Assembly: GCA_963693365.1 (NCBI GenBank)
Contig: CAVNZM010000003.1
Coordinates: 13,173,252-13,237,251, forward strand
From: Amoebidium appalachense
Lineage: Eukaryota; Protista; Ichthyosporea
Length of the DNA: 64,000 nucleotides
Reading direction: 5' to 3'
Part shown: piece after piece, positions 23,567 through 44,301 of the stretch
How the letters are laid out: each line of letters opens with the position of its first letter
How positions within the stretch are numbered: the first letter of the stretch is position 1
Notes under the pieces: generated by a model
The model's input: the letters and a program-made list of their open reading frames with translations, nothing else
What the model was told of the DNA's origin: nothing
Databases searched by the model: none
Position numbers and translations under genes: made by a program

Positions 23567-24988
23567 GGTGGAGACGTGGAAGGCGTAAGCGCGAGACAGA
23601 GCGATGACGATATGTGGTCATATGGACCACAAAGATGTGTTATGTGGGGTTTCTGTTGCAGTTCCGGTTGGGAAATGGATTGCAATCCTATGCCCATGAA
23701 AAACTTTTAATTGGTTGATCATCGCATAAGCTGAAGCCAATCAAACGCGTAACCCAATCACAGACGGCGAAAACATATGATATGTTTTCCCCCCACACCT
23801 CCTGCAATTTGCTGAGGTTGGACCCTGGTCATCAAGACTTCTTGGCCATAAAATGACAATACAATTACAGCAAAACATTCTGCAGAAACCCGATATTCTC
23901 ACATTTTAAGTGTTTATAAAAAGCCTTAGTTTCAAGTAGAGGCATTTTTTTTCTTGCTTTGTGTCGACGACATCTTTTATCCGCTTGAAATTTGTCAGCA
24001 CCCATAATTCTACTATTACAGTACGTTGTATGTGGGGATCACCATCCGTCTTTCCTGTTTTAACTCGCGCTGAGGCAGAAGTTATAAGAAGCAGACGTGG
24101 AAAACTCAGCATAAGAGATCAATGAAATGAACATAAATATTAAATTACCAGACAATTTACAGTGCAAATTTTCTAGTAATTTCTAACGTCCATTACGAAA
24201 GAAAATAACCAACTTTTGACTTGCACCTGTTTTCCCTGCCGCGCTCAGGTATGTGGGTCTATCGGATGGGAAGGTGTGGACCTGACATTGAGCTTATCGA
24301 GTGGCCGCAGGGAGAATGAGCAATTAATATGATACTATTGGAATATTAATAGTTGAACTCTTCTGCATTTTTTATTGTTTTTTTGTATTTTTTACACTGT
24401 CCACATTTATTGACACTTATATAAGGACCGAACGATTAGGTAGGCTATGCCAGTGGATTCCCATGTTTACGAAGTGCGCGCGCTGCCTAGAGTGGCCACA
24501 TGTATGCATGACAGATCACCAATGATATTTGCAACGCACGCAAACCAAACAACATACAGGTCGTTGAAATCTCCACGGTTGTTCTAATAACACATTCAGC
24601 TTGTATATTTACTTTTAAGTTTGTTATTTTTTATGTCAATGAAATATGGGCATGCGCACCTAGTAGCATCAGTGTTGGACGAAGCAACGCAGCATGATAG
24701 AGTTTATGCCATAGCAGACCAATCGCCGCATTGGAACTATCCGAGTACGTGATAAATGTCCAATCACCACGATTAGGATTATTGGACATCTTCATGTTGT
24801 AGGAAACACCACCCGGGGGTCAACGCGGACTCCACGACATCAGGCAAGGGACATCATGATCAACACAACCCATCCACATCCCAGCTGGACGCACACGAGA
24901 GATCTATCTGTACTATAAAATATATATGTATATACACTGTTTTGATAAACTTTGTGTATGCACGTGATGTGCGGTAAAGCGCGTCAAA

Positions 24989-32359
<7,371 letters not shown>

Positions 32360-33393
32360 AGGTAGCAATGGGTGAGGCTATGCAAATTGTCGTACCCTTA
32401 AAAGATGCCTTTATGGGGACTTTTAGACTACATTTTCCTTTTTTCCCATCTCGATCACCCCCACATCCGAACCTTTTCGGATATCTTTATGAGATCTGTT
32501 TGACAATATGTTGATGTCTGAATCGAGTGCATAATTTTTGTTTTCGGCTTGGATTCACTTAATAATGCCAATCGTTGCCGCATCTATATGTATCTGTGGA
32601 CCCTGTAGTGGCCACATCAGCTAACAAATAACGGAAAGGGTTGTGGCCATTAGTATATCTAGTAACAATGCTGACAGTTACCGTAAGCCTGCCCGCCCAC
32701 ATGGGCCCGTATGGACAACTAAATGACGACTTAGTGGCGGGTTTATGATGTCTCGGACGATGGAATTTGTGCACGCGCACGTGCACCAAGTCTGTGACAC
32801 AAGGGTGTTGCTCCTCTGCCATATCTGATACGACTTCTTTCATGAATCATTCATTTATGCAACAATATTATTATCTGTTATAAATTATATCAAAATATAT
32901 CTTTACAACCAAGGTTGTTGGTAATTATCTACACTAGCCATATGGGTGGAATGGCTGGCTCCCTTCATTTGCACGCCTCTGTCTGGCAACCTTTAAATGA
33001 ATAATATAGGCGTGTTTTATCAAAGTATTACTTTTATAAATCTTATAATTTTCAGCTGTTAATTCCTGAGCCAGTTCTACCACATTAAAGCGTGATCAAA
33101 ATCAATTTTGCGGTCTCCCGGCAAGGATGGTGGTCTGCTTTGCACGCCTCCAGAAAAATTATGTGATCCAATCACATGACGCGAAATCCTATCTCTCAAA
33201 TCCGTGAATATTCATTGGCTTTCATTCCACGCCGCGCACCGCCCGGAGCGGCGCGCGGCGCGCGGAGTCGATCACACTGTGGAAACCATATCATCAGTCA
33301 GTCAGTCAGTAGGTTTGCATATGCTCACGGCCACACATGCACAGTAGCTTTTTGCTGCCTGGCATACTGCTATCCACCAATGATTGAACAAAA

Positions 33394-34632
33394 ATGGCGG
33401 CCCGAAACGTTGCTGTAAATGCACCCGCACATGCTGTTACACAGGGCTCACCATTTACCTCAGAAATGGTGACTGCATACGTTAACTTTTACGTTGAACA
33501 CCATGGTGAATACGTGGCATGTGACGAGGGTTCTAGGCACCCCGCGGGCTTCTGCGCCCTGTGTAATAAACAGGGCATCCGTGTTCTCTCTCAACACCTT
33601 ATTGACGCCCACCGAGATACAATTCGCCATTACACTGGCTACGAAATAGGCATGCTGCTGCAGACCCATCGCGTTCCTAAGGCTGAGCATGCACTAGTGT
33701 GGGCCGTGAGCGATGATTCAGAATATGAACGCGCTACATGGATTGCTTACCGCAAGCGAAAAAACCAGACTGCATACCGCAAAACCGACAAGGGGAGGCG
33801 TACAAACCGCAGTCTACAACTGCTGAAACGGCAAGTGCTCAACGCCTGGGCCTTCCACACTGGCGCCATGGACGGTATTGGCGGGAACATAACACAGCGT
33901 ATGGCCGTCGATACATACCGAATGGTCAGGGATGCTCATTTGGCAGCACAGACAGACATCTCCGCTTCGTTGAACGATGCCCAACAACGATTTATCACTG
34001 CATTCGCCGACCATATGGTTAGGCTCGCAAATATTGCCGTCCTTAACCGCGACACGTCGGCGGCTGTACGACAACTCATGGTGCCAGGGGCCTGTAATTT
34101 TACATGGGAGGAAGATAAAGTTGTGGAGATATCCTTTGAAGAAGTGCGTGGTTGGCACCTTCTCCACTTCGCTACAGGCCAAAAGTACTACACGCGGATA
34201 AAAATGGAAACTGTGCTGCCCAACATTAACGCCGAGATTGACTGGTCGCACCCGGACACAAAAGCCGAGGTAAACAGGGTGTTTCAAAAAAACCTGAAAG
34301 ACAGGGAGCAACAGTTGTGGACGGCAATCTACCAATATATCACAGTCAGAGCCGCCAGTGGGAATTTCCGTTATAGCGACCCAATAGACATGGGAGAATA
34401 CCTCCCTGGGCTAGTTGCAGAGATGGGCGCTTCAATGGACGACATAGAGCTTCCCTCATACCTTGCCATGTGTGGCTTCGATGAGGAAGCACAAGAGTTG
34501 TTTCTCGGACAGGCTGGGCCAGAGCCAGACGAGGAGATGGCGAAGACGCAGAGTAAATTTTCTGTTGTTGATGAGTGGGAGGGGGGCCGTGCAGAGCCTG
34601 TAACATATGGCGCTGTGCCGATGCAAATTTAA
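33394..34632 (+). CDS. Intronless 412-aa hypothetical protein with a C2H2-like finger (cargo of the large element)
   Basis: Long, non-repetitive ATG-started ORF. Contains CALCNKQGIRVLSQHLIDAH, a basic patch RKRKNQTAYRKTDKGRR and an acidic tail. Confidence 0.7.
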   Translation: MAARNVAVNAPAHAVTQGSPFTSEMVTAYVNFYVEHHGEYVACDEGSRHPAGFCALCNKQGIRVLSQHLIDAHRDTIRHYTGYEIGMLLQTHRVPKAEHALVWAVSDDSEYERATWIAYRKRKNQTAYRKTDKGRRTNRSLQLLKRQVLNAWAFHTGAMDGIGGNITQRMAVDTYRMVRDAHLAAQTDISASLNDAQQRFITAFADHMVRLANIAVLNRDTSAAVRQLMVPGACNFTWEEDKVVEISFEEVRGWHLLHFATGQKYYTRIKMETVLPNINAEIDWSHPDTKAEVNRVFQKNLKDREQQLWTAIYQYITVRAASGNFRYSDPIDMGEYLPGLVAEMGASMDDIELPSYLAMCGFDEEAQELFLGQAGPEPDEEMAKTQSKFSVVDEWEGGRAEPVTYGAVPMQI

Positions 34633-35085
34633 GGGACTGCAACCCAACCTTTAGGTATTATTGACATCAAATATATAGTTACTACGAAAAGATACAACTT
34701 ATCGTAGGTTTTATTTGTGGAAATTATTGACATAAATATTTTTCTGGGTAAACACGTAGGATGGGTGTTCGATACCAACATAACCATGTAGGCTTCATTT
34801 CGTGTTTTAGCAGTTAGCGGTTGGCTGCCCGCACACGGGCACCTATTAGCCAGTCAAAACATCAGATACCACAGATCACTAGACCGAGTTATGATTGGCT
34901 CGGATCAGATTTCACATATCACTAGATCGATTTTTGATTGGCTCAGATCGGTAGGCTTAGGTATATAAGCACGACAGTTTTTAGCAGATCAGCAAGCTAC
35001 AAACACATCTTCTGTGTTTAGCATCCACAGCCTTACAGCTATATATTCCTTTTCATTCTCCCTATCTTTCCCTACGCCGGTCAGC

Positions 35086-36255
35086 ATGCCGCCGAAAAAG
35101 CGCCAGGCCTCAGCCGCCGCCCCTGCCGCGGCACCTAAGCGCCTGACCCGCAGCGACCTCCGCCACAGGCTGACCAACGCTCCCGCGGACACTGACGCGC
35201 CTCCAGCGGCCCATACCACCACGGACCCGGACCCGCCGGCTACTCTCCCCTCCACCCCTGAAGTCCCCCCTCAGGCCCCGCCGTCCCCGCAGATGACTTC
35301 TCAAGACGCCGTCCTGGCCGCCCTCACCGCCATCAGCACCCAGATGGCTGGCGTCCTGGCTGCTCTCACCAACCGCGACCCTCCCGCGCCCCCCGCCGCG
35401 CCCTCCACACCCGGGGAGGTTTCCCCGGGGCTGCATCTCGGCCCTGACCTAGACCTACCTGCCCTGCCCGCGCCCCCCATCACAGGTGAGAACACTGGCG
35501 ACATTCAGCCGGGCACACTCCCGCTTCCCCCCGCGGATGTGCTGGCAGATTTGCGCGCCAATCGTTTCGTCGACCTGTATAAGTTCACCCCCGCCGCCCT
35601 CCTGGCCCCATCCAAGAAAGGTCAGCATCTGCGCATGGCCGACGACGGCAGCATCGAGACTTTTCGCCAAGACAAACCCGTTCCCCTGCGTTCACTCGTC
35701 ATTTGGATCCAAGCTTGGACCCATTACATGGCCGCCAAGCACCACCTCGGCCTCCCCACGGACAAAGACGTACTTTGGACTCAGCACATCACTCGCCTCA
35801 GCACCCGATACCCGTGGGCCCAGATCCACAACTATGACGTATACGCCCGCACCGTTGCCCACCAGCAGGGTCGGGCTCCGATCGAGTGCCCCAACCTGCT
35901 CGCCCAACTCCACCAGGATCTCCTCCTGCCACCCACTCTGCTCATCCAGGACGCATGTCAGCGCTGTGGCTTCCCCGACCACCCCAGCGCGGCCTGCCCC
36001 ATGTACCCCAAGCCCGGCTGTGGTCTTGACGGCTTTAAGCCGCCCCACAAGCCCGGCGGGGGTCAAACCCCTAACCGCCCTGGCCCGCAACCCGGCCCGG
36101 CAAAACCGGCCCGACCCGTGGATCTACCCGCGACGCACTGCAGGAATTTCCACATTAACGGTCGGTCCTGCGCTAAGCAGCCCTGCCCCTTCTCCCACGT
36201 GTGCCCGCTCTGCTCTGGCACACACCCCCGCAAAGACTGCAAGCACAATGCCTAG
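35086..36255 (+). CDS. Gag-like ORF1 of Ngaro copy 2
   Basis: Uninterrupted from MPPKKRQ; CCHC and CCCH-like zinc fingers. Confidence 0.85.
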   Translation: MPPKKRQASAAAPAAAPKRLTRSDLRHRLTNAPADTDAPPAAHTTTDPDPPATLPSTPEVPPQAPPSPQMTSQDAVLAALTAISTQMAGVLAALTNRDPPAPPAAPSTPGEVSPGLHLGPDLDLPALPAPPITGENTGDIQPGTLPLPPADVLADLRANRFVDLYKFTPAALLAPSKKGQHLRMADDGSIETFRQDKPVPLRSLVIWIQAWTHYMAAKHHLGLPTDKDVLWTQHITRLSTRYPWAQIHNYDVYARTVAHQQGRAPIECPNLLAQLHQDLLLPPTLLIQDACQRCGFPDHPSAACPMYPKPGCGLDGFKPPHKPGGGQTPNRPGPQPGPAKPARPVDLPATHCRNFHINGRSCAKQPCPFSHVCPLCSGTHPRKDCKHNA

Positions 36256-36537
36256 TCTACGCGCACACCCACACACACAGCTAGAACATAGGGGTTAGGA
36301 GCTAGGACACACGAGTACAGGGAAACGGAGCTCGGGAGAACGGGCCAATAGGGCTGAGTACAAAATTTCGCAGGCCAACTACGGCGCCCGCGCGCGTCAA
36401 GAATAAATGTCCCTACACAAAGACGTTTATTCTGGCCACTGCACATAATTTTACTCCCCCCCCCCCATCCCACGAGCCTCCCCCCCCCCCCTTACACTCA
36501 CCTAGCACTCCCTCCCCCCCCCCCTTCTTCTACCGCT

Positions 36538-36652
36538 GTGTCCGCCCACACCCCCGCGTGCTCGGGCACATTCCCCTGCACAGGGCCCCGCTGCCCTCCC
36601 TGCCAACCCTCACTTGGGCCCAGCTGCCCTACTCTAACCCCCCGGGGCCCTG

Positions 36653-36686
<34 letters not shown>

Positions 36687-38370
36687 CTGCCGGGATCTCC
36701 CCAAGGGTACACCACCCTTGCTAACCACCCCCTTCCCCCGAGGCTCAGACCCGGAGGCCCGCCCGCTGCCCCAGCACCACATTGACACCTCCCGCCTCCG
36801 GGAACTGCTGGCCTCCTACCCGGACCAACCATTCGCCGCACAACTCCTCCACGATGTCGAATTCGGCGTCGACATCGGCTATCGCGGCCCCTCCACCTCT
36901 CGGGTGGGCCCCAACCTACCCACCACCCCGGAGGCAGCTGCCGCTATCACGGTGGATATTGCCAAAGAAGTCGCCCTCGGCCACCTGCGCGGCCCCCTCT
37001 CCCCGGCCCAATTCTTTGACGAATTTCCCGTCCACCGTTCCTCCCCCATCGGCGCCGTTACCAAGAAAGGGAACCCCCCCAAGTACCGTCGAATCCACCA
37101 CCTCTCCTGGCCCCGGGGTAGCAGTGTCAATGACAGCATCACCTACCCCGACGAACTTCAGTACATTCGCGCCCGGGATGTCACCCAACTCATTCTCGAC
37201 GCAGGCCCCGGCTGCTACATGGCCGTGGCAGATGTGCAGGCTGCCTTCCGGCACATGCCCATCCGACCGGAAGACCACCACTTAATGGCATTCAAATGGC
37301 AAGGGCATTTTTACGTTGAAACCAGACTGCCCTTCGGCCTGAAATCTAGCCCAGCCATCTGGGAACGGATCGCGGCCACCCTACAGTGGCTGGCACACCA
37401 GCACGGTATTACCCTCATCCGCCACTACGTAGACGACTGGATTATAGTCGCCCCCACACAAGAGCAGTGCCAACGTCACCTATCCACCTTCCTGCAACTC
37501 TGCCGAGAGCTGCACATTGCCATCTCCGAAGACAAGATGCAGGGCCCGGCTACCCGTGTCGTCTTCATCGGTATCGAATTCGACTCCATCGCCATGGAGG
37601 CACGAATCCCGGCTTCCAAGCTCTCGGACCTACTCGACCTCACTTCCCACCCAAAGCCCACCATCACCATTCGGGACCTCCAGTCCCTCCTCGGCAAACT
37701 CACCTGGTGTGCCCAGCTGGTTCCCCCCGGGAGGGCCTTCTCCCAGCGCCTATGGGCCCTTCTCCGGACCCACCCACACCTTGCCGGCCACCACCACATA
37801 CGACTGACTGCTGCCGCCCGGGCCGACATAGCCGAATGGCACCAGTTCCTCACATCATGGAATGGGGTGCACCTCATCACACCCCCCACATACACCACCC
37901 TGGCCACTGATGCTGCCGGATCGGTGGGTCTAGGTGGCCACTGGCTCGACCAATGGTTCTTCATGCCCTGGTCCCCCTCCACCCAAGCCCTCTATGCTCA
38001 TGAGGGTAAACTCGGTTCTTCCGTCATCGAACTCCTGGCCATCGCAGCCGCCGTGGCCCTCTGGGCCCCCTCCTGGTCCACCCACCATGTCCGTATTTTA
38101 TGCGACAACACGGGTGCTGTGTCTGACCTGCACTCCCGGTCTTCCCCCCACCCCGTGATGGCCAAACTTATTCGGTTCATCACCCGCATGGAAATGCAAT
38201 ACCAATTTACGTTACAGGCATCCTACCTACCAGGACCCCTCAACCATCTGGCCGATGCCATTTCTCGTAACCAACTTCCCCGGGCCCGACGACTCCGACC
38301 TTCCCTGCAACCGGAGCCCTGCCCCTTCCCCTCCTGGGTCCACGAGTTCCTATCCCTTCCCTTGGGCTAA
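36538..38370 (+). CDS. RT/RNase H ORF2 of Ngaro copy 2 (start uncertain)
   Basis: YVDD catalytic motif; TDAAG/CDN/ADAISR RNase H motifs. Confidence 0.92.
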
Positions 38371-39454
38371 CCCCCCCCCCCCCCCCCCCCCAGATCTCCC
38401 GTTCCGGAGCAACACTGGCAGATTGGCCCCCCACTTTGCTCCGGCCGAGCTGCTTCGAGCCACCACTACCCTGCAGGAATGCCAGGCCCTGAGTCTCAAC
38501 CTCGACTCTCGGGCCTTTTACTCCCGGGTGCAAAAAGTGTTCATCGATTTCTGTGTGGCATCTCGGCTGCAATCCTCCTCCGGGTCCTCCCTCCCGGCCT
38601 CCCCACACACCGTGCAACTTTTTCTCGCCTGGTGTGCCCAACGAGGGGTACAGGCCTCTTCCTTAACCGGCTACAATTCGGCCATCACCAGGCTCCACCT
38701 CGACATGGGCCTCCCTGCTCCCTACCCCCACGACAAGTCTCTGGCCTGGTTCCTACGGGGGGTGGGCCGATGGCAGCTTTCTCACAACATCCGACCCCGC
38801 TCATCCACCAGGGAACCCCTCCTCCCCTCCCACCTCCGCCTACTCCATGGCCAGTGCCCCACCAAGGCCTCCTCGGCCAATCTCCGGCTATGGACGGCCC
38901 TCATCGTCGGTTTCTGTGGTCTCCTCCGTTCAGGGGAATTTACCTCCAAGACCCTGACTTCTTTCGACCCGTCCCGTCACGTTAAACGGAAGGACGTGAC
39001 CTTCAGCTACACCCCCACCGGTACTTTGTCCCATGCCACCCTCCACCTGCCAACCTCTAAGACGGATGTACAGGCCCGAGGTGTCAACGTCACCCTAGCT
39101 GCCCTGCCCCTCACCCACTTCTCCCCAGCCCATCTCCTCCGGCAGTTCCTGGATACAACGTCCGGTCAACCCGACGACCCCCTCTTCAGTCTCGGTGGCA
39201 TCCCCTACACCAAGAGTGCTTTCTCTGCCGATTTCCGTGCCCTCCTCTCCCGGGCAGGCCTCTCACCCTCCCGGTTTGCCGGACACAGCCTCCGCATCGG
39301 GGGGGCCACAGCACTGGCTGAGGCCGGGGTCGACGACTCCCGGATCAAACAACTCGGCAGGTGGTCCTCCGACTGCTTCCTGATCTATACCCGACTTCGT
39401 CCGGCCTCCATTGCTGCCACCACCACACGTGTATTCGCCTCTATTCTTAAGTGA
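38255..39454 (+). CDS. Tyrosine recombinase ORF3 of Ngaro copy 2, overlapping the end of ORF2
   Basis: R-K-HxxR-W-Y signature present. Confidence 0.92.
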   Translation: MPFLVTNFPGPDDSDLPCNRSPAPSPPGSTSSYPFPWANPPPPPPPDLPFRSNTGRLAPHFAPAELLRATTTLQECQALSLNLDSRAFYSRVQKVFIDFCVASRLQSSSGSSLPASPHTVQLFLAWCAQRGVQASSLTGYNSAITRLHLDMGLPAPYPHDKSLAWFLRGVGRWQLSHNIRPRSSTREPLLPSHLRLLHGQCPTKASSANLRLWTALIVGFCGLLRSGEFTSKTLTSFDPSRHVKRKDVTFSYTPTGTLSHATLHLPTSKTDVQARGVNVTLAALPLTHFSPAHLLRQFLDTTSGQPDDPLFSLGGIPYTKSAFSADFRALLSRAGLSPSRFAGHSLRIGGATALAEAGVDDSRIKQLGRWSSDCFLIYTRLRPASIAATTTRVFASILK

Positions 39455-42400
39455 AACCTTTGGAGCAAGCATACTGCTCTCGTGCCGTGGTTTACAACCA
39501 TTGCAGGTTCACTTTCGTCCAAGGGGATGTCCCCCTAGAGGCAACACACGTCCCGGAGTAGTTTTTCATAGAGGTTTTATTTGTGGAAATTATTGACATA
39601 AATATTTTTCTGGGTAAACACGTAGGATGGGTGTTCGATACCAACATAACCATGTAGGCTTCATTTCGTGTTTTAGCAGTTAGCGGTTGGCTGCCCGCAC
39701 ACGGGCACCTATTAGCCAGTCAAAACATCAGATACCACAGATCACTAGACCGAGTTATGATTGGCTCGGATCAGATTTCACATATCACTAGATCGATTTT
39801 TGATTGGCTCAGATCGGTAGGCTTAGGTATATAAGCACGACAGTTTTTAGCAGATCAGCAAGCTACAAACACATCTTCTGTGTTTAGCATCCACAGCCTT
39901 ACAGCTATATATTCCTTTTCACCCACCCACCTACACCCACACACAACCCCCATTGATCCACACATACGTGCTGTTTTTTCACGGGGCGAAGACTTCCCCC
40001 GTTTTTTGGGCACATGGACCTCACGGATCAATAAATTGATGACTGGGGGCTTGCCGTGGTTTACAACCATTGCAGGTTCACTTTTGTCCAAGGGGATGTC
40101 CCCCTAGAGGCAACACACGTCCCGGAGTAGTTTTTCATAGAACTTCATCTCCTCTGAAATATATTTGATAAATTTTTAGGCAAAAGCAACCATAGCATCA
40201 TCACCTTCCGCGAGCTCGCGAGCCTGGTCCAAAAGATGCCTCGACCCACCCAGGACCGATGACCACCAAAACACATCAAAGGGAAATTCAAGACACATAA
40301 GTATATATAGATTCACTTCAGACAACTAACGGCTCCTGAAAAGTGCATACAAGGACCACTTAAAGACCCTAGAGAGATGCTGTGGACTCCATTCTAGTAT
40401 GAGAATTGCATCCAGCAACATTATAGCATCTATATATGCCTATCATGTGCACCGGGTAATCCACAAACCATCTATGACGTCGTGGATGTGGACCACGCAA
40501 AGATCACATAGAGACCCTAATAGATATCATAAAGTGCACATCTGTGCCTAGAACAGGGATAAATCAGGAATGATATATAATATGCACCAGAAATACACTT
40601 AGACATCTGAGGGTACCTAGGGGGATGGATGGGAAAAGGATAGGATATTCAGAGATCTGTAATACCACATCATCAACACCATAGGTCCACAGTAGATGCC
40701 TTCAAGTGCACGGAATCGATCGAGCCAGGGTCAAAAGATTCACAAACCCATCCCAGAAACCCATGATGACCATCCGAAGGCATCTAAAAGACCACGTAAA
40801 GGCCATATAAGATGCAAATATGTTTTCCCTCATGACAACTAAATGTTCCTAAAAGGTTCATTAACAGACCACTTAAAGACGTCAAAAAGATGCTGTATAC
40901 CAGGAATAGCGTCCAGCAACATTAAAGCAACCATATATGCCTATCATGTGCACCACCCAATCCACATACCATCTATGACGTCGTGGATGAGGTCCATCTA
41001 CAAGAGCACATAAAGACACTTTGTCGATCATTAAAAGTGCATATGTTGTGCATATAACAGCGAAAAAACAATATGGATCATATAAAATGCACTAAAACTA
41101 GTCTTGGACATCATAGGGGACTTAGGGGTAGAAATGGATGGGAAGAAAATATGATCATATAAAGTGGTCCATATAATGTCTATGTGCACCGGAAATAAAC
41201 TAGAAGTACACTTGGACGTCCTGGAGTACTTAGGGTGTACTTTGGGATGGGTACAAGAAAAGAGCATTTAATGTGGTCTTTAGATGGTCCATATCACCAC
41301 CCAAACCCCACCAAATTGTGTTTGGAAAATTTTGAACATCGGGGCATTTAATATGCATTTAGGATGGGTTGTAGATCATTTCATGACACCATAGTAGATG
41401 CCTTGCGGTGCTGTTCTGGATGATGGATGATATCAAGTCCCCTTTATCCCCTCCTGGACATCATAGATGAGTTATGGATAGTGGCCATCCAAATTGTTTA
41501 CGACCCCCACATCCCATCTAGATGTCATCATGTAGGTAGGTTGTGGTGGATGTGTGGGGTGGATATGGTGGGAGGACCCCCAAAAGGTGTCCTGGATGGG
41601 ATCCGGATCGCCGAACAAGATTGCTGATGCTGTCTGCTCCTTACTCGTTTTTGAAGCGCATGAGCGAGTGTAAAATATATAGACAGAAAGTCGACTGGGA
41701 AAACCTCCGCAAGTAATATATGGAACCGTTATCCTGTTTCGTTCTAATCGTCCTTTTGTGATTACTTTGTGATAAGCAGATGTTATCGAGTTATCAGTTT
41801 TGATTGGCAAAAACGTTTCTGCCGCTATGTCCCACAACTAGTCCCACAATCAAACCCTGCAATCGGGGTGATGGGTAGAAGCCGTTTTTTACCTTCCTGA
41901 GCAGAAAGCCTTCCATTTTTGGTTATTTCATCTTAGCTTTTTCTAGCTAATGGTGCTGTTACTCCATTGGTGGGATTTACTATAATGGGCGACCAATCAG
42001 GTAATCCCCCCTTTCCCCCTTTCTCCATTTCTCCCATCTCCCGGCCCACTCTCTTGGCTCGTTCTCTTCCTTTGCACGCTTCCCTTGACCCGGCTCGCAT
42101 GCTTCCCTTGACCCGGCTCGATCTCTCTTCCCGCTCTTCCTCTGACCCGATATGTTGCCCCTGCACTCCTCTGCACCTCTCTCCCGCCATCCAATCACCC
42201 GCGTGCATATTCCTGCTCTTTCGCCCCGACTATCCCACATACTTCCCTGGCCAATCAACGCACAGTAGGTGTCCCCCCTAGGTGTGTGTCTCCCGCACTA
42301 TCCGGCAAGTATCCACGCAAAAAAATGTAAACCCCATGACATGATTTTCCGCCATAAACCCATAATGGGGTTGACCAACCGATGCGCGCGGCTTTCACAT

Positions 42401-43399
42401 CGGGCCAATCAGCTGACGTCTGCCAGTGCGCTGACAGTTTTTTTTTTTCACCTCTCAGTCAGCGCTAGTGAATATATATATACCTCTCTGCCATGCCACG
42501 GGCCAAAAAAAATGGGGACAAAGATGTTACACCACGGGTGGCGGGCCAAAAGGAAGGAAGGAGCGGGGGTCGAGAGGTGGGGAAGGCTGAGCGAACAAAA
42601 AGTAGAAAAATACCCAGAAAGAGAGGGAGAACACCACACCAACACTTAAAACCGGCGAAGGGAAGGGATGCTATAGCTTTCCCCAACTCGTAGCCTCGCG
42701 ACTCCCCCGTACATTCAGATCATTTTTTTTTGCTTCTTCCAGTTTTATTTACTGCGGTTTTGTGTTGTCGCCTGCTTTACCGTAATTTTTATACACTCAC
42801 TCAAACAAGGTAGATGAGAAAAAAACATAGAGAAATAAATATTTTTTTTTTTTTTTTGTGGTACGCCCGCAGATTTCGCGGCCACCCCAATTGGCGCCGC
42901 GGCCAGCGCCGAGATTTTCCAGGTTTTGCTTCGCAATCTCCACTTTCATCATATCAAAATTGCATAAACAAGCCCCTCACATGCACACACACATATACAC
43001 ACACGTATGCACGCACGCACACATATACACACATATATTTTTTTTCTATATGTTACATCTACGCAGGTATACCTGTAATTATCGCAATGACAGCCGCCTA
43101 GGATTAGCTGCGGCGCATGCCAGCACAGTACGCGGCCGCGCGCCAGGGTCCTAACTTATTTTGCCGGCAATTCCACCTGCTTTCCAAATTTGAACGTGCT
43201 GAATTCCATCGTGACGTCAAGTACCTTATTTCAACTCTTGCCATTTTTGTCGCCGACTTATTTCAACTCAATCCGACTATTTCTTCCCCGCGATGGCGAT
43301 TGCCAATTTGCACTACTTATTTTGCCCTTTTAAACTTGATCGAGGCTCCGAGTCCTTGCAACTTATTATTGCTTTTCATTATCCCCTGGGCAGCCCCTT

Positions 43400-44040
43400 C
43401 GGTTTGGGGCCCCACCTGTCAGTACCGATGATGACTATTATGACGATGACCAGACTGCCCCGTCTGCTGCTGCTGCTGCCGATGCCCTCGATGCCAAGGC
43501 CCTCTACCATGTTCGGTACTGTTTGGAGCAGAGTACTGTCCGCCGCAGTGTGAACCACTGCTCTACTGCTGCCGAGGCCTGGGCTGCCCTCGAAGATATT
43601 TATGGCCGTGCTACCGCCACGTCGATTCTGCCATCACCCAGCGCCTCCATTCTTTGATGCCCGACCCCAACGCCACCGTCACCGAAGTATTCAATACAGT
43701 GATGGGCATAGCCGACGAGCTGCTGGCGCCAACGCCCCGCTCTGCAACGACCAATTCTGCTAAGATATTTTTGCTGTTGCCTTCCCGGTTCCGTTCTATT
43801 GGATTTGATAACCTACACTAATGCATATGCCTCGTACCCTTGCCCAGATTAGGGGGATGTTGTTAGATAAAGAACACGAGCATGCTGTGTACCGAGCTAC
43901 TAACCCACGTGGCCGGCCTGACTCAGGACCACCACGTCAACAGGCAAGTGCCCGTGTGGCACGTGGTGAGCCCCTGGCTTCGGACCAGAAGAAGTACTGC
44001 CTCAAGCAGGGCTTGTCATCAGCAAACTTCGGAAGTATTG
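43400..44040 (+). pseudogene. Degenerate Copia-like gag remnant
   Basis: Fragments TAAEAWAALEDIYG and QRLHSL...VMGIADEL, a degenerate knuckle (YCLKQG), and GGTTTGGGGCCC upstream resembling Copia post-LTR sequence. Many indels. Confidence 0.45.
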
Positions 44041-44301
44041 CCAAGTATTTTGTATTGGCGCTATGGCGATATTGGCATAGAACCCCTTGCCGCCAATAGG
44101 AACGCCATATTGCAATAATATTGCTTTCAAGTATTAATGGTAATACAGTACCAATACCCTTCATATCCCGAAGAATTATCCATATTTTACACAATCGCCA
44201 AAGATCAACATGCCATGCAACAAAGCGACAAGGGCGAATACAATAAAACAAAAATCAAAAATAAGATAATAATGATAAAAAAAAAAAAAACAAAGGCGGA
44301 G

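Larger units (their letters stand above)
34707..40141 (+). mobile_element. Ngaro/PAT-type YR retrotransposon, copy 2, full length and apparently intact
   Basis: Starts GGTTTTATT and ends TTTTCATAGA; A1-ORFs-B1-A2-spacer-B2 layout; near-identical to copy 1. Confidence 0.93.

Noticed and set aside
41640-43400. Possible LTR or gene in the region between the large element and the Copia-like remnant
   Set aside because: Only short ORFs and promoter-like words; I found no partner repeat or protein motif.
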